In this document: positions 10,112 through 19,148 of the stretch, piece by piece
How positions within the stretch are numbered: the first letter of the stretch is position 1
Layout: the number at the start of each line of letters is the position of its first letter
DNA from: Alistipes sp.
GTDB taxonomy: Bacteria; Bacteroidota; Bacteroidia; Bacteroidales; Rikenellaceae
DNA length: 64,000 nucleotides
Assembly (NCBI GenBank): GCA_045660465.1
Contig: JAZRDV010000019.1
Location: 4,676 to 68,675, forward strand
Reading direction: 5' to 3'
Notes under the pieces: model-generated
What the model saw: the letters and a program-made list of their open reading frames with translations, nothing else
What the model was told of the DNA's origin: nothing
Database searches by the model: none
Program-made: the position numbers and the translations under genes

Positions 10112-11956
10112 TTACCACTCGGCATTATCCGAGAGCCACAGCTTGCGGTAACGGCGCGAGGGCGACTCCACAGCCTCGCCTAAGCCGTACTCCGCCCATC
10201 GGCTATCAACGTAGTGGATGGTATCGGGTGCCGAGGTTACGACATTCGGAAAGCGGGGTGGGTTATTGCCATATCCGGGACGCTTGCTACGTGCGTCGAT
10301 GATGATGACACCATCGCTGATACGAATATCACGCTTCGGGTCGGTGTTTGCTGCAGCGAGCCACAGTAGGTCGTCGGCACTCATGGCACCTGCGGCACTG
10401 CGGTCAAAGAGTGCGACATACTTTATGCCCTCTATGTTATTCGCGCTCAGGTATGCCTCGACATCAACCCTCTCTCGCCACTCTCTCTCGGCATAGAGGA
10501 TAAGCAGACCCAACGTCTCGCACAGCTGCGTGTCGAAGAGCTCCACACCGCCCGTAGGTTGTGCCGTGCGGGGTGCTACAAATGTTGTGGGCGACTTTTC
10601 GGCGTCTATTTCGGTAAGGTCTATGGCCAACTTCGAGCCGTAGCCCGTGGTGGGCGTAGCATGGTCGAGAACGTCGAGGATGCCCTCCGACCATATAAGG
10701 TCGCGCTCAGGGTTGAGACCACGCAGCAGCGCGAAGAGATGCTCCCTGTTGCGTATGTCGCAGCTCTCGGGCGTTATGACCATATACTTGTTGAACATCA
10801 TCTGACCTGCGCCCCACAGTCCCTGTGCCACCTTATTGGCTTGTCCCATATATCGTTTGGCGATAGATACGAGGGCTATGTTGTGTGCCGTGCCCGCTAT
10901 GGGCATATAGAGGTCGCGCACCTCGGGCTGCACAGCGAGGCGTATCGGCGCAAGAAAGATGCGCTCCGTAGCCTTGGCGATATAGGCATCCTCCATCGGT
11001 GGTATGCCGACAATTGTGGCGGGGTATACAGCATCGCGGCGCGAGGTGATAGCCTCGACGTGAAAGCGGGGATAAAGGTCTGTGAGCGAGTAGAAGCCCG
11101 TGTGGTCGCCAAAGGCACCCTCCACGGCCAACTCCTCCGAGGTGTCGACATAGCCTTCGATGACGAAGTCGCAATCCTCCGGCACCCATATATCGTTCGT
11201 GAGGCACTTAACGAGCTTCACGGGCTTCTGGCGTAGCATGCCTGCGAGAAGCATCTCGTCCATGTTGTCGGGCATGGGGGCCGTGGCCGAATATATGTAC
11301 GTAGGGTCGCCACCCAGAGCAACGCTCACGGGCATGCGACGTCCGAGACGCTTATAGGCGTCGTAGTGGCGCGCACCCGTTTTATGGCGGTGCCAATGCA
11401 TGCCTGTTGTGTGGCTATCGAATATCTGCATGCGGTACATGCCCATGTTGGGTATGCCGCTCTCGGGGTCTACGGTGCAGACCATAGGGAGTGTAATAAA
11501 GGGGCCTCCATCTGCGGGCCACGAGGTGAGGATGGGCAGACGGCCGAGGTCGGCATCCTTGCCACGCCATACCACCTGCTGACATGAGCCGCGCCCCGAC
11601 ATTTTACGCGGAAACCAGCGCGACACATCCTTCAACAGGGGAAGCATGCGCAACTTATCCACCAGTCCGTTCTTGGGCGACATGACCTCTTTAAGCAGCC
11701 CATCGATGCGGCGTGATATATCTTCGAGGTCGTCGACACCCAGAGCCATGGCCATGCGCCTATCGGAGCCCATCATGTTCATAAGCACGGGGTACTGCGT
11801 ACCTGTATTCTCGAACAGCAGAGCCTTGCCGCCACCCTCCATCTTCGATATGCGGTCGGTAATCTCCGTAATCTCGAAGCGTGTGGTGACGGGTGTTGTG
11901 ATGCGGCACAACTCGCCCGCAGCCTCCAACTTCGCAATATACTCCCTCAGTGTCAT
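10112..11956 (-). CDS. UbiD-family (prFMN-dependent) decarboxylase, annotated in relatives as menaquinone-biosynthesis decarboxylase
   Basis: N-terminus LREYIAKLEAAGELCRITTPVTTRFEITEITDRISKMEGGGKALLFEN and overall layout are typical of UbiD. 614 aa, about 120 aa longer than classical UbiD. Confidence 0.8.
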   Translation of the reverse strand: MTLREYIAKLEAAGELCRITTPVTTRFEITEITDRISKMEGGGKALLFENTGTQYPVLMNMMGSDRRMAMALGVDDLEDISRRIDGLLKEVMSPKNGLVDKLRMLPLLKDVSRWFPRKMSGRGSCQQVVWRGKDADLGRLPILTSWPADGGPFITLPMVCTVDPESGIPNMGMYRMQIFDSHTTGMHWHRHKTGARHYDAYKRLGRRMPVSVALGGDPTYIYSATAPMPDNMDEMLLAGMLRQKPVKLVKCLTNDIWVPEDCDFVIEGYVDTSEELAVEGAFGDHTGFYSLTDLYPRFHVEAITSRRDAVYPATIVGIPPMEDAYIAKATERIFLAPIRLAVQPEVRDLYMPIAGTAHNIALVSIAKRYMGQANKVAQGLWGAGQMMFNKYMVITPESCDIRNREHLFALLRGLNPERDLIWSEGILDVLDHATPTTGYGSKLAIDLTEIDAEKSPTTFVAPRTAQPTGGVELFDTQLCETLGLLILYAEREWRERVDVEAYLSANNIEGIKYVALFDRSAAGAMSADDLLWLAAANTDPKRDIRISDGVIIIDARSKRPGYGNNPPRFPNVVTSAPDTIHYVDSRWAEYGLGEAVESPSRRYRKLWLSDNAEW

Positions 11957-11978
11957 CCTCCTATTCGATTGTCAAATC

Positions 11979-12944
11979 CTATAACTTGATGTCGTATAGC
12001 TGAATTACGCCCTCCAAAGCTCCCTCGTCGGAGGTTACCAGCAGCGAGTTAATCTTATTCTCGGTCATGCACTTCTCGGCCTCGATAAGTTTCTGCGTGG
12101 CGCGTATGCTCTTGGGGTTGCGCGTGGCGATGTCTATGGCGTGTATGTTGAAGAACTCTGCGCGATACTTCTCCATGGCGCGACGCACGTCGCCATCGGT
12201 AACAATACCCTCAATCAGGCCATTCTCAACAATGACGATAAGCCCTAAACCACCCTTGCTTATGCGGTGTATCATCTCCGTTGCCGAGCAGTCGGCAGCC
12301 ACTACGGGTAGCTCCTCCTTGCGCATGACATGTCCTACGGTCATCAGCAGACGACGTCCGAGGCTGCCTCCGGGGTGCAGACGTGCGAAGTCCATCGCCG
12401 TGAACTTGCGTGCATGCATCAGCGTTGTGGCCAAGGCGTCGCCCAAGGCGAGCTGTGCTGTGGTCGACGATGTGGGCGCGAGTTTTAGGATACACGCCTC
12501 CTCGCGTACCATGATGTCGAGGTGAACATCGGCGTTGCGCGCAAGCGACGACTGCGGCTTGCCGGTGATAGCAATCAGCTTATTGCCATTCTCGTGTACG
12601 AAGGGTACGATTTTGAGTATCTCGTCCGTCTCGCCCGAGAACGATAGCGCGAGGATAACATCCTCCTTCGATATCATTCCGAGGTCGCCATGAAAGGCCT
12701 CTGCGGGGTGTAGGAAGAAGCTCGGGGTGCCGGTGCTTGCCAGCGTGGCGGCAATCTTACATGCTATATGTCCCGACTTGCCCATGCCCGTAACTATAAG
12801 CTTGCCGCGGCAGCCAAGGATAATCTCCACGGCGCGCACGAACTCCTCGCCAAGCGACTGCTCCATGATGCCAAGGGCCTCGGCCTCGGTGTGCACGGTC
12901 TTACGACCGATGTTGAGTAACTCCTCCTGATAGGTTGTCATCAT
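11979..12944 (-). CDS. kdsD: arabinose-5-phosphate isomerase (KpsF/GutQ/KdsD; SIS + tandem CBS domains)
   Basis: SIS motif GKLIVTGMGKSGHIACKIAATLASTGTPSFFLHPAEAFHGDLGM plus C-terminal CBS pair. Adjacent to kdsA and kdsB. Confidence 0.92.
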   Translation of the reverse strand: MMTTYQEELLNIGRKTVHTEAEALGIMEQSLGEEFVRAVEIILGCRGKLIVTGMGKSGHIACKIAATLASTGTPSFFLHPAEAFHGDLGMISKEDVILALSFSGETDEILKIVPFVHENGNKLIAITGKPQSSLARNADVHLDIMVREEACILKLAPTSSTTAQLALGDALATTLMHARKFTAMDFARLHPGGSLGRRLLMTVGHVMRKEELPVVAADCSATEMIHRISKGGLGLIVIVENGLIEGIVTDGDVRRAMEKYRAEFFNIHAIDIATRNPKSIRATQKLIEAEKCMTENKINSLLVTSDEGALEGVIQLYDIKL

Positions 12945-12952
12945 CGTAGGGT

Positions 12953-13708
12953 TTATAGAAGTGATTTAACTACATTCTCCAACTCGTCCAAATACAGCAT
13001 GTTGGGGCCGTCGCTCAGTGCCGTGTCGGGCGTGGGGTGTACCTCGAAGAAGTAACCGTTCGCACCAAAGGCCTTGGCTGCGAGGGCCATTGCCGGCACA
13101 AACTCGCGGTTGCCGCCTGTCTTGCCACCCGCAGCTCCGGGACGCTGCACCGAGTGTGTGCAGTCCATAACTACGGTGTCGGCGATGTTGCGCATGTCGG
13201 CGATGTTGCGGAAGTCAACAACAAGGTTGTTGTAGCCGTACATGTTACCACGCTCCGTGAGCCATACCTCCTTGGCACCACTCTGCATAGCCTTCTCGTA
13301 GGGGTAGCGCATATCCACACCCGAGAGGAACTGTGCCTTCTTGATGTTTACCACCTTGCCTGTCTTGGCAGCCTCAACGAGGAGGTCGGTCTGGCGGCAG
13401 AGGAATGCCGGAATCTGCAAGACGTCAACAACCTCACCCACGGGACGTGCCTGCCACGCCTCGTGTATATCGGTGAGAACTCTGAGTCCATACTTTGAGC
13501 GTATCTCGGCGAGCATCTCCAAGCCCTTGTCGAGACCTACGCCACGATATGAGCTCAGCGATGTGCGGTTTGCCTTGTCGAACGACGCCTTGAAGATGAT
13601 GTCGGTGCCGAGTGTGTTGTTAATCTCCACTATGCGGCGGGCAACGGTGTCGAGTAGCTCCTGAGACTCGATAACGCATGGCCCTGCAATAATCTTTGGA
13701 AGGTTCAT
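12953..13708 (-). CDS. kdsA: 3-deoxy-8-phosphooctulonate (KDO-8-P) synthase
   Basis: IAGPCVIES..., FKASFDKANRTS, VLQIPAFLCRQTDLL, DCTHSVQ are canonical KdsA motifs. Confidence 0.95.
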   Translation of the reverse strand: MNLPKIIAGPCVIESQELLDTVARRIVEINNTLGTDIIFKASFDKANRTSLSSYRGVGLDKGLEMLAEIRSKYGLRVLTDIHEAWQARPVGEVVDVLQIPAFLCRQTDLLVEAAKTGKVVNIKKAQFLSGVDMRYPYEKAMQSGAKEVWLTERGNMYGYNNLVVDFRNIADMRNIADTVVMDCTHSVQRPGAAGGKTGGNREFVPAMALAAKAFGANGYFFEVHPTPDTALSDGPNMLYLDELENVVKSLL

Positions 13709-13757
13709 ATTTTTAGGCTGTTTAGTTTAGTTGTTGTATGGTTGCTTCGTGTGCTCG

Positions 13758-14516
13758 TTACTCCTCGCCTCGCGTTGCTAAGAACTCCTCGGCGCGACGC
13801 AGGTCGTCGGGGGTGTCAATGCCTATGGTCTCGATGTCGGTGATGCCTACGCCTATGCGGTATCCACTCTCCAACCAGCGCAGCTGTTCGAGCTTTTCGC
13901 TAAGCTCCAACGACGACTGTGCGAGGGCTGTTACCTCGCCTAAGGTCTTGGCGCGGAAGGCGTACATGCCTATATGCTTGTAGAAGGTGTGCTTCGTGAG
14001 CCACTCCGCGCGCTCAACCTCGCGGATGTAGGGTATCACCGAGCGCGAGAAGTATATGGCCTTCATATCGCGGCTGATGACCACCTTGGGTGAGTTGGGA
14101 TTCTCCAAGGCCTCGATGCCATCCTCCGCTGTGAAGGGCTTTACGAGTGTGGCTATGTCCGTAGCCTCATCCTCGAAGCACGATACAAGGGAGTGTATTT
14201 GCTCGGGCTGGATGAAGGGCTCGTCGCCCTGCACGTTGATGACAATGTCGTAGTCGCCACCCACCTTTTGCAGAGCCTCATAGCAGCGGTCGGTGCCACT
14301 GCGATGCTCCGTAGATGTCATCACGGCGCGGCCACCAAAGGCCTCCACGGCGGCTATGATGCGGTCATCATCCGTGGCCACCACAACATCCTCAACGGCA
14401 CGCTTCACCTGTTCGTAGACACGCTGAATGATAAGTTTGCCGCCAAGCGTGGCTAAGGGCTTGGCCGGAAAGCGCGTCGAGGCGTAGCGCGCAGGGATGA
14501 TAGCAAGAGATTTCAT
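13758..14516 (-). CDS. kdsB: 3-deoxy-manno-octulosonate cytidylyltransferase (CMP-KDO synthetase)
   Basis: AIIPARYASTRFPAKPLATLGGKLIIQRVYEQ, NVQGDEPFIQPEQI. Confidence 0.95.
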   Translation of the reverse strand: MKSLAIIPARYASTRFPAKPLATLGGKLIIQRVYEQVKRAVEDVVVATDDDRIIAAVEAFGGRAVMTSTEHRSGTDRCYEALQKVGGDYDIVINVQGDEPFIQPEQIHSLVSCFEDEATDIATLVKPFTAEDGIEALENPNSPKVVISRDMKAIYFSRSVIPYIREVERAEWLTKHTFYKHIGMYAFRAKTLGEVTALAQSSLELSEKLEQLRWLESGYRIGVGITDIETIGIDTPDDLRRAEEFLATRGEE

Positions 14517-14559
14517 GCTCTTTGGGTTTTGGGTTATTATGTGAGGCTCTGCCTCGCGC

Positions 14560-16977
14560 CTATTTCAGCGCGAGTGCCAGCACCTCGTCGTTTGTCGTTA
14601 CATAGTGGAATGTGAGACCCTCCACATACTCCGCCTTAATCTCCTCGATGTCCTTGCGGTTCTCGTCCGAGAGTATGAGCTCGGTAATTCCCGCGCGCTT
14701 GGCTGCGAGAATCTTCTCCTTGATGCCGCCTACGGCCGTAACGCGGCCACGCAGCGTCGTCTCGCCCGTCATGGCTATGCGCTCCTTAACCTCGCGACGC
14801 GTATATGTCGAGGCGATAGATGTTACCATCGTGATACCTGCCGACGGGCCATCCTTCGGAATAGCACCCTCGGGAACGTGTATGTTCAGGTCGTGCTCCT
14901 CGAATAACTTGCGGTCTATGCCGAGCTCCTCGTGGTGTGCCATAACCCACTCGTAGGCTATCGTGGCAGACTCCTTCATCACATCGCCGAGGTTACCAGT
15001 GAGGTTCAGTTTGCCCTTGCCCGGGGTCAGTATCGACTCAATGTAGAGTATGTCGCCACCCACCTCTGTCCATGCGAGGCCTGTAACCACGCCGCGCATG
15101 CCCGCAATGTCGTAGCGGTCGTTCTTGAACTTGGGCTTGCCGAGAATCTTCTCCAAGTCGGCAACCTCCAACTGCGCCTTGTACTCCTCCTCGAAGGCTA
15201 TGGCCTTGGCGCGGTTGCGCGCAATCTTCGCGATATTCTTGTCGAGGCTGCGCACACCCGACTCGCGAGTGTAGTCCTCGATGATGCGTACTATGGCCTC
15301 GCTTGTGAGCGAGAGCTTATCTTCGTCAATGCCGTGCGCCTCGCGCTGCTTCTTTACGAGGTGGTTTTGTGCGATGTGCACCTTATCTTCGAGGATGTAG
15401 CCGGGGATGTTAATCATCTCCATGCGGTCGCGCAGGGCAGCCGAGATGTTGGCTATGTTGTTTGCTGTGGCTATGAACAGCACCTTCGAGAGGTCGTACT
15501 CCGTGTCGAGGTAGTTGTCGTGGAAGGTGGTGTTCTGCTCAGGGTCGAGTACCTCCAACAGTGCGCTCGACGGGTCGCCATGATTCGACTTCGACACCTT
15601 GTCAATCTCGTCGAGGATGATTACGGGGTTCGACGTGCCGCAACGCTTTATGGTCTCGATGATACGTCCCGGCATCGCGCCTATGTATGTTCGACGATGA
15701 CCACGAATCTCCGACTCGTCATGCAGACCACCGAGCGATATGCGGCCAAACTTACGGCCCATAGCCTCGGCTACCGACTTACCCAACGACGTCTTACCTA
15801 CTCCCGGAGGGCCATACAAGCAGAGGATGGGCGATTTGAGGTCGCCTTTGAGCTTGATGACGGCGAGGTGCTCCAAAAGTCGCTCCTTGACCTCCTCCAA
15901 GCCGAAGTGGTCTTTGTCGAGCTGCTCGCGCACGACGTTGAGGTCGAGGCGGTCCTCGGTAATCTCATCCCACGGCAGGTCGAGCATCAGTTGCAGGTAG
16001 TTCATCTGCACCGAGTACTCCGCCACCGAGGGGTTGAGACGCTCCAAGCGCGCCAACTCCTTGTCGAACTGCTCGGCTGTTGTCGCGCTCCACTTTTTCT
16101 TCTTCGCAGCCTCGCGCATACGGTCGATGTCGGCATCCATGCTGTCGCCCAACTCATCCTGTATGACGTGCATCTGTTGTTGCAGGAAGTAGTCGCGCTG
16201 CTGCTTGTCAATCTCCTGCTTCACCTTGCTCTGTATCTCGTTCTTCAACTCGGCGAGTTGCTGCTCGCGCACAAGTATCTCCAACAGACGGCGTGAACGC
16301 GCCATGAGGCCCGGGGCTTCGAGGAGCTGCTGACGGTCGTCATCCGAGAGATCCATATTCGAGCAGATGAAGTTCACTATCGCGCGACTCGAATCGAGGT
16401 TCTTGATGGCGAATGCCGCCTCCTTGGGCATCGAGGGCGATATGTTGATTATGCTGAGTGCCACCTCACGGATAGAGTCCACCAGGGCCATGAACTCGAC
16501 ATTCTTGGGGTCGGGTGTGGTGTCCTGTATGGGTGTTACCGTGGCCTTGAAGTAGGGCTGTGTGGTGATGTACTCCTTAACCTCAATCTTCTCCAAGCCC
16601 GCAAGTATCACGGTGAGGTTGCCATTGGGCATCTCCAATATTTTGAGGATGCGCGCCGATGTTCCCACCTTGTGCATATCGTTGGGCTGGGGGTCTTCGA
16701 CCTCGCTGTCGACCTGCAATACGGCACCAAGCAGGCTGTCGCCCGCCTCTACGGCACGCACCAGGGCGATTGACTTGGCGCGACCAACGGTGATGGGTGT
16801 TACCGAGCCCGGGAAGATTACCGAGCTGCGCAGTGTGAGGATGGGGAGCACCTCAGGTATCTGTACCTGCTCTATGGTGTCGTCGCCACCCGATATGATG
16901 GGTATGACCTGATGTTTGCCGTCAAATAACTCGGGCACCAGTCCCATCTCGTCCAATTCTTTATCTTTTTTATTCAT
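14560..16977 (-). CDS. lon: ATP-dependent Lon protease
   Basis: LON N-domain; Walker A GPPGVGKTSLGKS; protease domain with PKDGPSAGITMVTSIAS (catalytic Ser); 805 aa. Confidence 0.97.
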   Translation of the reverse strand: MNKKDKELDEMGLVPELFDGKHQVIPIISGGDDTIEQVQIPEVLPILTLRSSVIFPGSVTPITVGRAKSIALVRAVEAGDSLLGAVLQVDSEVEDPQPNDMHKVGTSARILKILEMPNGNLTVILAGLEKIEVKEYITTQPYFKATVTPIQDTTPDPKNVEFMALVDSIREVALSIINISPSMPKEAAFAIKNLDSSRAIVNFICSNMDLSDDDRQQLLEAPGLMARSRRLLEILVREQQLAELKNEIQSKVKQEIDKQQRDYFLQQQMHVIQDELGDSMDADIDRMREAAKKKKWSATTAEQFDKELARLERLNPSVAEYSVQMNYLQLMLDLPWDEITEDRLDLNVVREQLDKDHFGLEEVKERLLEHLAVIKLKGDLKSPILCLYGPPGVGKTSLGKSVAEAMGRKFGRISLGGLHDESEIRGHRRTYIGAMPGRIIETIKRCGTSNPVIILDEIDKVSKSNHGDPSSALLEVLDPEQNTTFHDNYLDTEYDLSKVLFIATANNIANISAALRDRMEMINIPGYILEDKVHIAQNHLVKKQREAHGIDEDKLSLTSEAIVRIIEDYTRESGVRSLDKNIAKIARNRAKAIAFEEEYKAQLEVADLEKILGKPKFKNDRYDIAGMRGVVTGLAWTEVGGDILYIESILTPGKGKLNLTGNLGDVMKESATIAYEWVMAHHEELGIDRKLFEEHDLNIHVPEGAIPKDGPSAGITMVTSIASTYTRREVKERIAMTGETTLRGRVTAVGGIKEKILAAKRAGITELILSDENRKDIEEIKAEYVEGLTFHYVTTNDEVLALALK

Positions 16978-16999
16978 AATATTCGTGCTTTCTACTCTG

Positions 17000-17007
17000 C
17001 AAAGATA
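17000..17007 (-). promoter_or_regulatory. candidate -7 promoter box (TATCTTTG on minus) for lon
   Basis: Plus-strand CAAAGATA, 22 nt upstream of the lon ATG (16977). Confidence 0.5.
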
Positions 17008-17154
17008 CGTATTTATTTCATAGAAATAATGGCCGGGTGATAAATTGTTGATAACTTTTCGTCTCGGTGGCCTGTGCGGGCCTGTTTTTTAGTCGATGCC
17101 TGCCTCGGTGCATCGCCCTCGCTGTGGCTGATTATACTCAATATTGACGCCAAA

Positions 17155-17181
17155 GGCGACGTCCTCCAAGAGAACGTCGCC
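17155..17181 (-). terminator. candidate terminator hairpin after the manC-like gene
   Basis: GGCGACGT (17155-17162) pairs with ACGTCGCC (17174-17181). On the minus-strand RNA the stem is followed by UUUGG. Lies 27 nt beyond the stop at 17208. Confidence 0.45.
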
Positions 17182-17207
17182 CGCAGTCGGAATATTTTGC
17201 CCGATGG

Positions 17208-18281
17208 CTAAATATGTTTGTCGCCCGTCGAGTACTTGATATCCTCGATGAAGCTCTTGATGCTCTGCTCCTCGTGCTTCGGACATATCATCAGCACGTC
17301 GTCGGTGTCAACCACAATGTAGTCTTTGAGCCCGCTTACGACGGCAACCTTGCCCTCGGGTATCGAGATTAGCGAGTTGCGCGTATCGTAGGTCTTTATT
17401 ACGTTGTCGCTCAGCGCGTTGGCATATCTATCCTTGCGCGACTGTTGGTATACCGAGCCCCATGTTCCGACGTCGCTCCATCCGAAGTCGCCGCTGTGTA
17501 CATAGACATTCTCGGCCTTCTCCATGATGCCGTAGTCGATAGATATGGGACGGCACTCCGAGAATACGCGCTCGATGGCCTCCGTTTCGCGCTCCGTGCC
17601 TAAGCTATCCTTGATAGAGGCGAAGAGGGTGCTGTGCTCGGGGAGGTGCTGCTCGAAGGCGGCGATGATGTCGCGCACCTTCCAGATGAAGATGCCCGAG
17701 TTCCACAAAAATTCGCCACACTCCAAAAAAGTTTGCGCCAATTCGAGGTTTGGTTTCTCGGTGAAACACTTAACCTTGCTTATGCTCTTTTTGTTCGAAC
17801 GCTGTATATAGCCATATCCTGTTTCGGGGCGGCTGGGGTTGATGCCTATGGTCATCAGCGCGTCGTTTTCGGCGATAAAGTCGAGACAGTTGTTGGTTAT
17901 CCTCAAAAACTCCTCCTCGTTGAGTATCAGGTGGTCAGAGGGCGACACTATCATCTCGGCCTCGGGGTTGCGCTTGCTGAGGGTGTATGCCGCGTAGGCG
18001 ATGCACGGAGCTGTGTTGCGACCTATCGGCTCACACAAAATCTGGCTCGGGTCGAGCTCGGGGATGTGCTCCAAGACCTGCTCTTTGTAGCGTCGGTTGG
18101 TAACAACTATGAAGTTCTCGTTTGGGATAATTTTGGCAAAACGCTCGTATGTATGTCGTATGAACGAACGCCCCGTTCCGAGTATATCCAAAAATTGCTT
18201 CGGACACGACTGTCGGCTTTTGGGCCAAAAGCGTGAGCCTATGCCACCCGCCATAATGACGCAATATCGGTTGTTATTCAT
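17208..18281 (-). CDS. manC: mannose-1-phosphate guanylyltransferase (nucleotidyltransferase domain only)
   Basis: YCVIMAGGIGSRFWPKSRQSCPKQFLDILG is a sugar-nucleotidyltransferase signature. 357 aa, no cupin/isomerase domain. Confidence 0.85.
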   Translation of the reverse strand: MNNNRYCVIMAGGIGSRFWPKSRQSCPKQFLDILGTGRSFIRHTYERFAKIIPNENFIVVTNRRYKEQVLEHIPELDPSQILCEPIGRNTAPCIAYAAYTLSKRNPEAEMIVSPSDHLILNEEEFLRITNNCLDFIAENDALMTIGINPSRPETGYGYIQRSNKKSISKVKCFTEKPNLELAQTFLECGEFLWNSGIFIWKVRDIIAAFEQHLPEHSTLFASIKDSLGTERETEAIERVFSECRPISIDYGIMEKAENVYVHSGDFGWSDVGTWGSVYQQSRKDRYANALSDNVIKTYDTRNSLISIPEGKVAVVSGLKDYIVVDTDDVLMICPKHEEQSIKSFIEDIKYSTGDKHI

Positions 18282-18316
18282 GAGGCTTTTAATAGCTTAA
18301 ATTTTACAAATTTACG

Positions 18317-18324
18317 CAAAGATA
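18317..18324 (-). promoter_or_regulatory. candidate -7 promoter box for the manC-like gene
   Basis: Plus-strand CAAAGATA, 35 nt upstream of the ATG at 18281. Confidence 0.45.
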
Positions 18325-18335
18325 AAATTTTTTTG

Positions 18336-18343
18336 TATCTTTG
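18336..18343 (+). promoter_or_regulatory. candidate -7 promoter box (TATCTTTG) for pssA, divergent from the manC promoter
   Basis: TAnnTTTG match 67 nt upstream of the ATG at 18411. Confidence 0.45.
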
Positions 18344-18410
18344 CAAAATATTTGGGCTCGTTTTGAACAAAAGATTTGCCAAAAATGCCCATAATAAAAC
18401 CGACTTGAAG

Positions 18411-19133
18411 ATGAAAATTAGACTATTCACAGTGCCCAATTTGCTCACGCTGGCCAACCTTTGTGCCGGTGCTGCTGCCATCATCTTTGCGTTGCAGCAC
18501 CACGCCTACGAGACTGCCTTCTGGTGCATCGTGGCAGCTGCCGTGTGCGACTTTTTCGATGGCTTCGCTGCGCGTCTGCTCCGTCAGCAGTCGCCCCTCG
18601 GTGTGCAGCTCGACTCGTTGGCCGACGACATATCGTTCGGTTTGGCCCCTGCTGCGGTGATGTACGACATCTACGCCAACTCGACATCATTCTATGGCCT
18701 CCCCGAGGATGTGATGTCGCCTCTTGGCTATGCGGTGCTCATTATCGCTGCGTTCTCAGCCTTGCGTCTTGCGAAGTTCAACATCGACACCACGCAGTCA
18801 ACCGAGTTCGAGGGCCTGCCTACACCGGCTAATGCCCTTATGCTCATGTCCTTGGCAGTACTTGCCGAGCATGGCGAGGTGGCGTTGTTCCAGGAGCACA
18901 TACTCCTTATATCGGTGGCTACGTCGCTACTTCTCGTCAGCCCCATTCGTATGTTTGCCCTCAAATTCAAGGGTTTCGGATGGCGAGGTAACGAGTTGCG
19001 CTATGGCTTCCTCGTGGCGGCCTTGGCGATAATTATTTTGCTCCCCGCATACTCTGTCCTGTCAATTATCGTTCTATATATTGCACTCTCGACATTGCGC
19101 TGGCTTATGACGCGCAACAGTACGGAGGCTTAA
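18411..19133 (+). CDS. pssA: CDP-diacylglycerol--serine O-phosphatidyltransferase (CDP-alcohol phosphatidyltransferase family)
   Basis: MKIRLFTVPNLLTLANLCAGAAAI..., motif DFFDGFAARLL...G..LDSLADDISFG (D-x2-D-G-x2-A-R...D-x3-D). The ATG at 18411 is preferred over the track start at 18333. Confidence 0.88.
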   Translation: MKIRLFTVPNLLTLANLCAGAAAIIFALQHHAYETAFWCIVAAAVCDFFDGFAARLLRQQSPLGVQLDSLADDISFGLAPAAVMYDIYANSTSFYGLPEDVMSPLGYAVLIIAAFSALRLAKFNIDTTQSTEFEGLPTPANALMLMSLAVLAEHGEVALFQEHILLISVATSLLLVSPIRMFALKFKGFGWRGNELRYGFLVAALAIIILLPAYSVLSIIVLYIALSTLRWLMTRNSTEA

Positions 19134-19148
19134 AGACCCAAATTAAGG

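Noticed and set aside
14932-16296. 454-aa plus-strand ORF inside lon
   Set aside because: Antisense to a canonical Lon protease. Val/Leu/Arg/His-rich composition, no promoter box or motifs.
17061-17090. Plus-strand GGCC-N6-GGCC + T6 terminator-like motif with no plus-strand gene upstream (possible small-RNA end)
   Set aside because: Only a 4-bp stem, and no TAnnTTTG box upstream on the plus strand. Too weak to call. The 65-aa ORF at 17089-17286 overlapping it is also unsupported.
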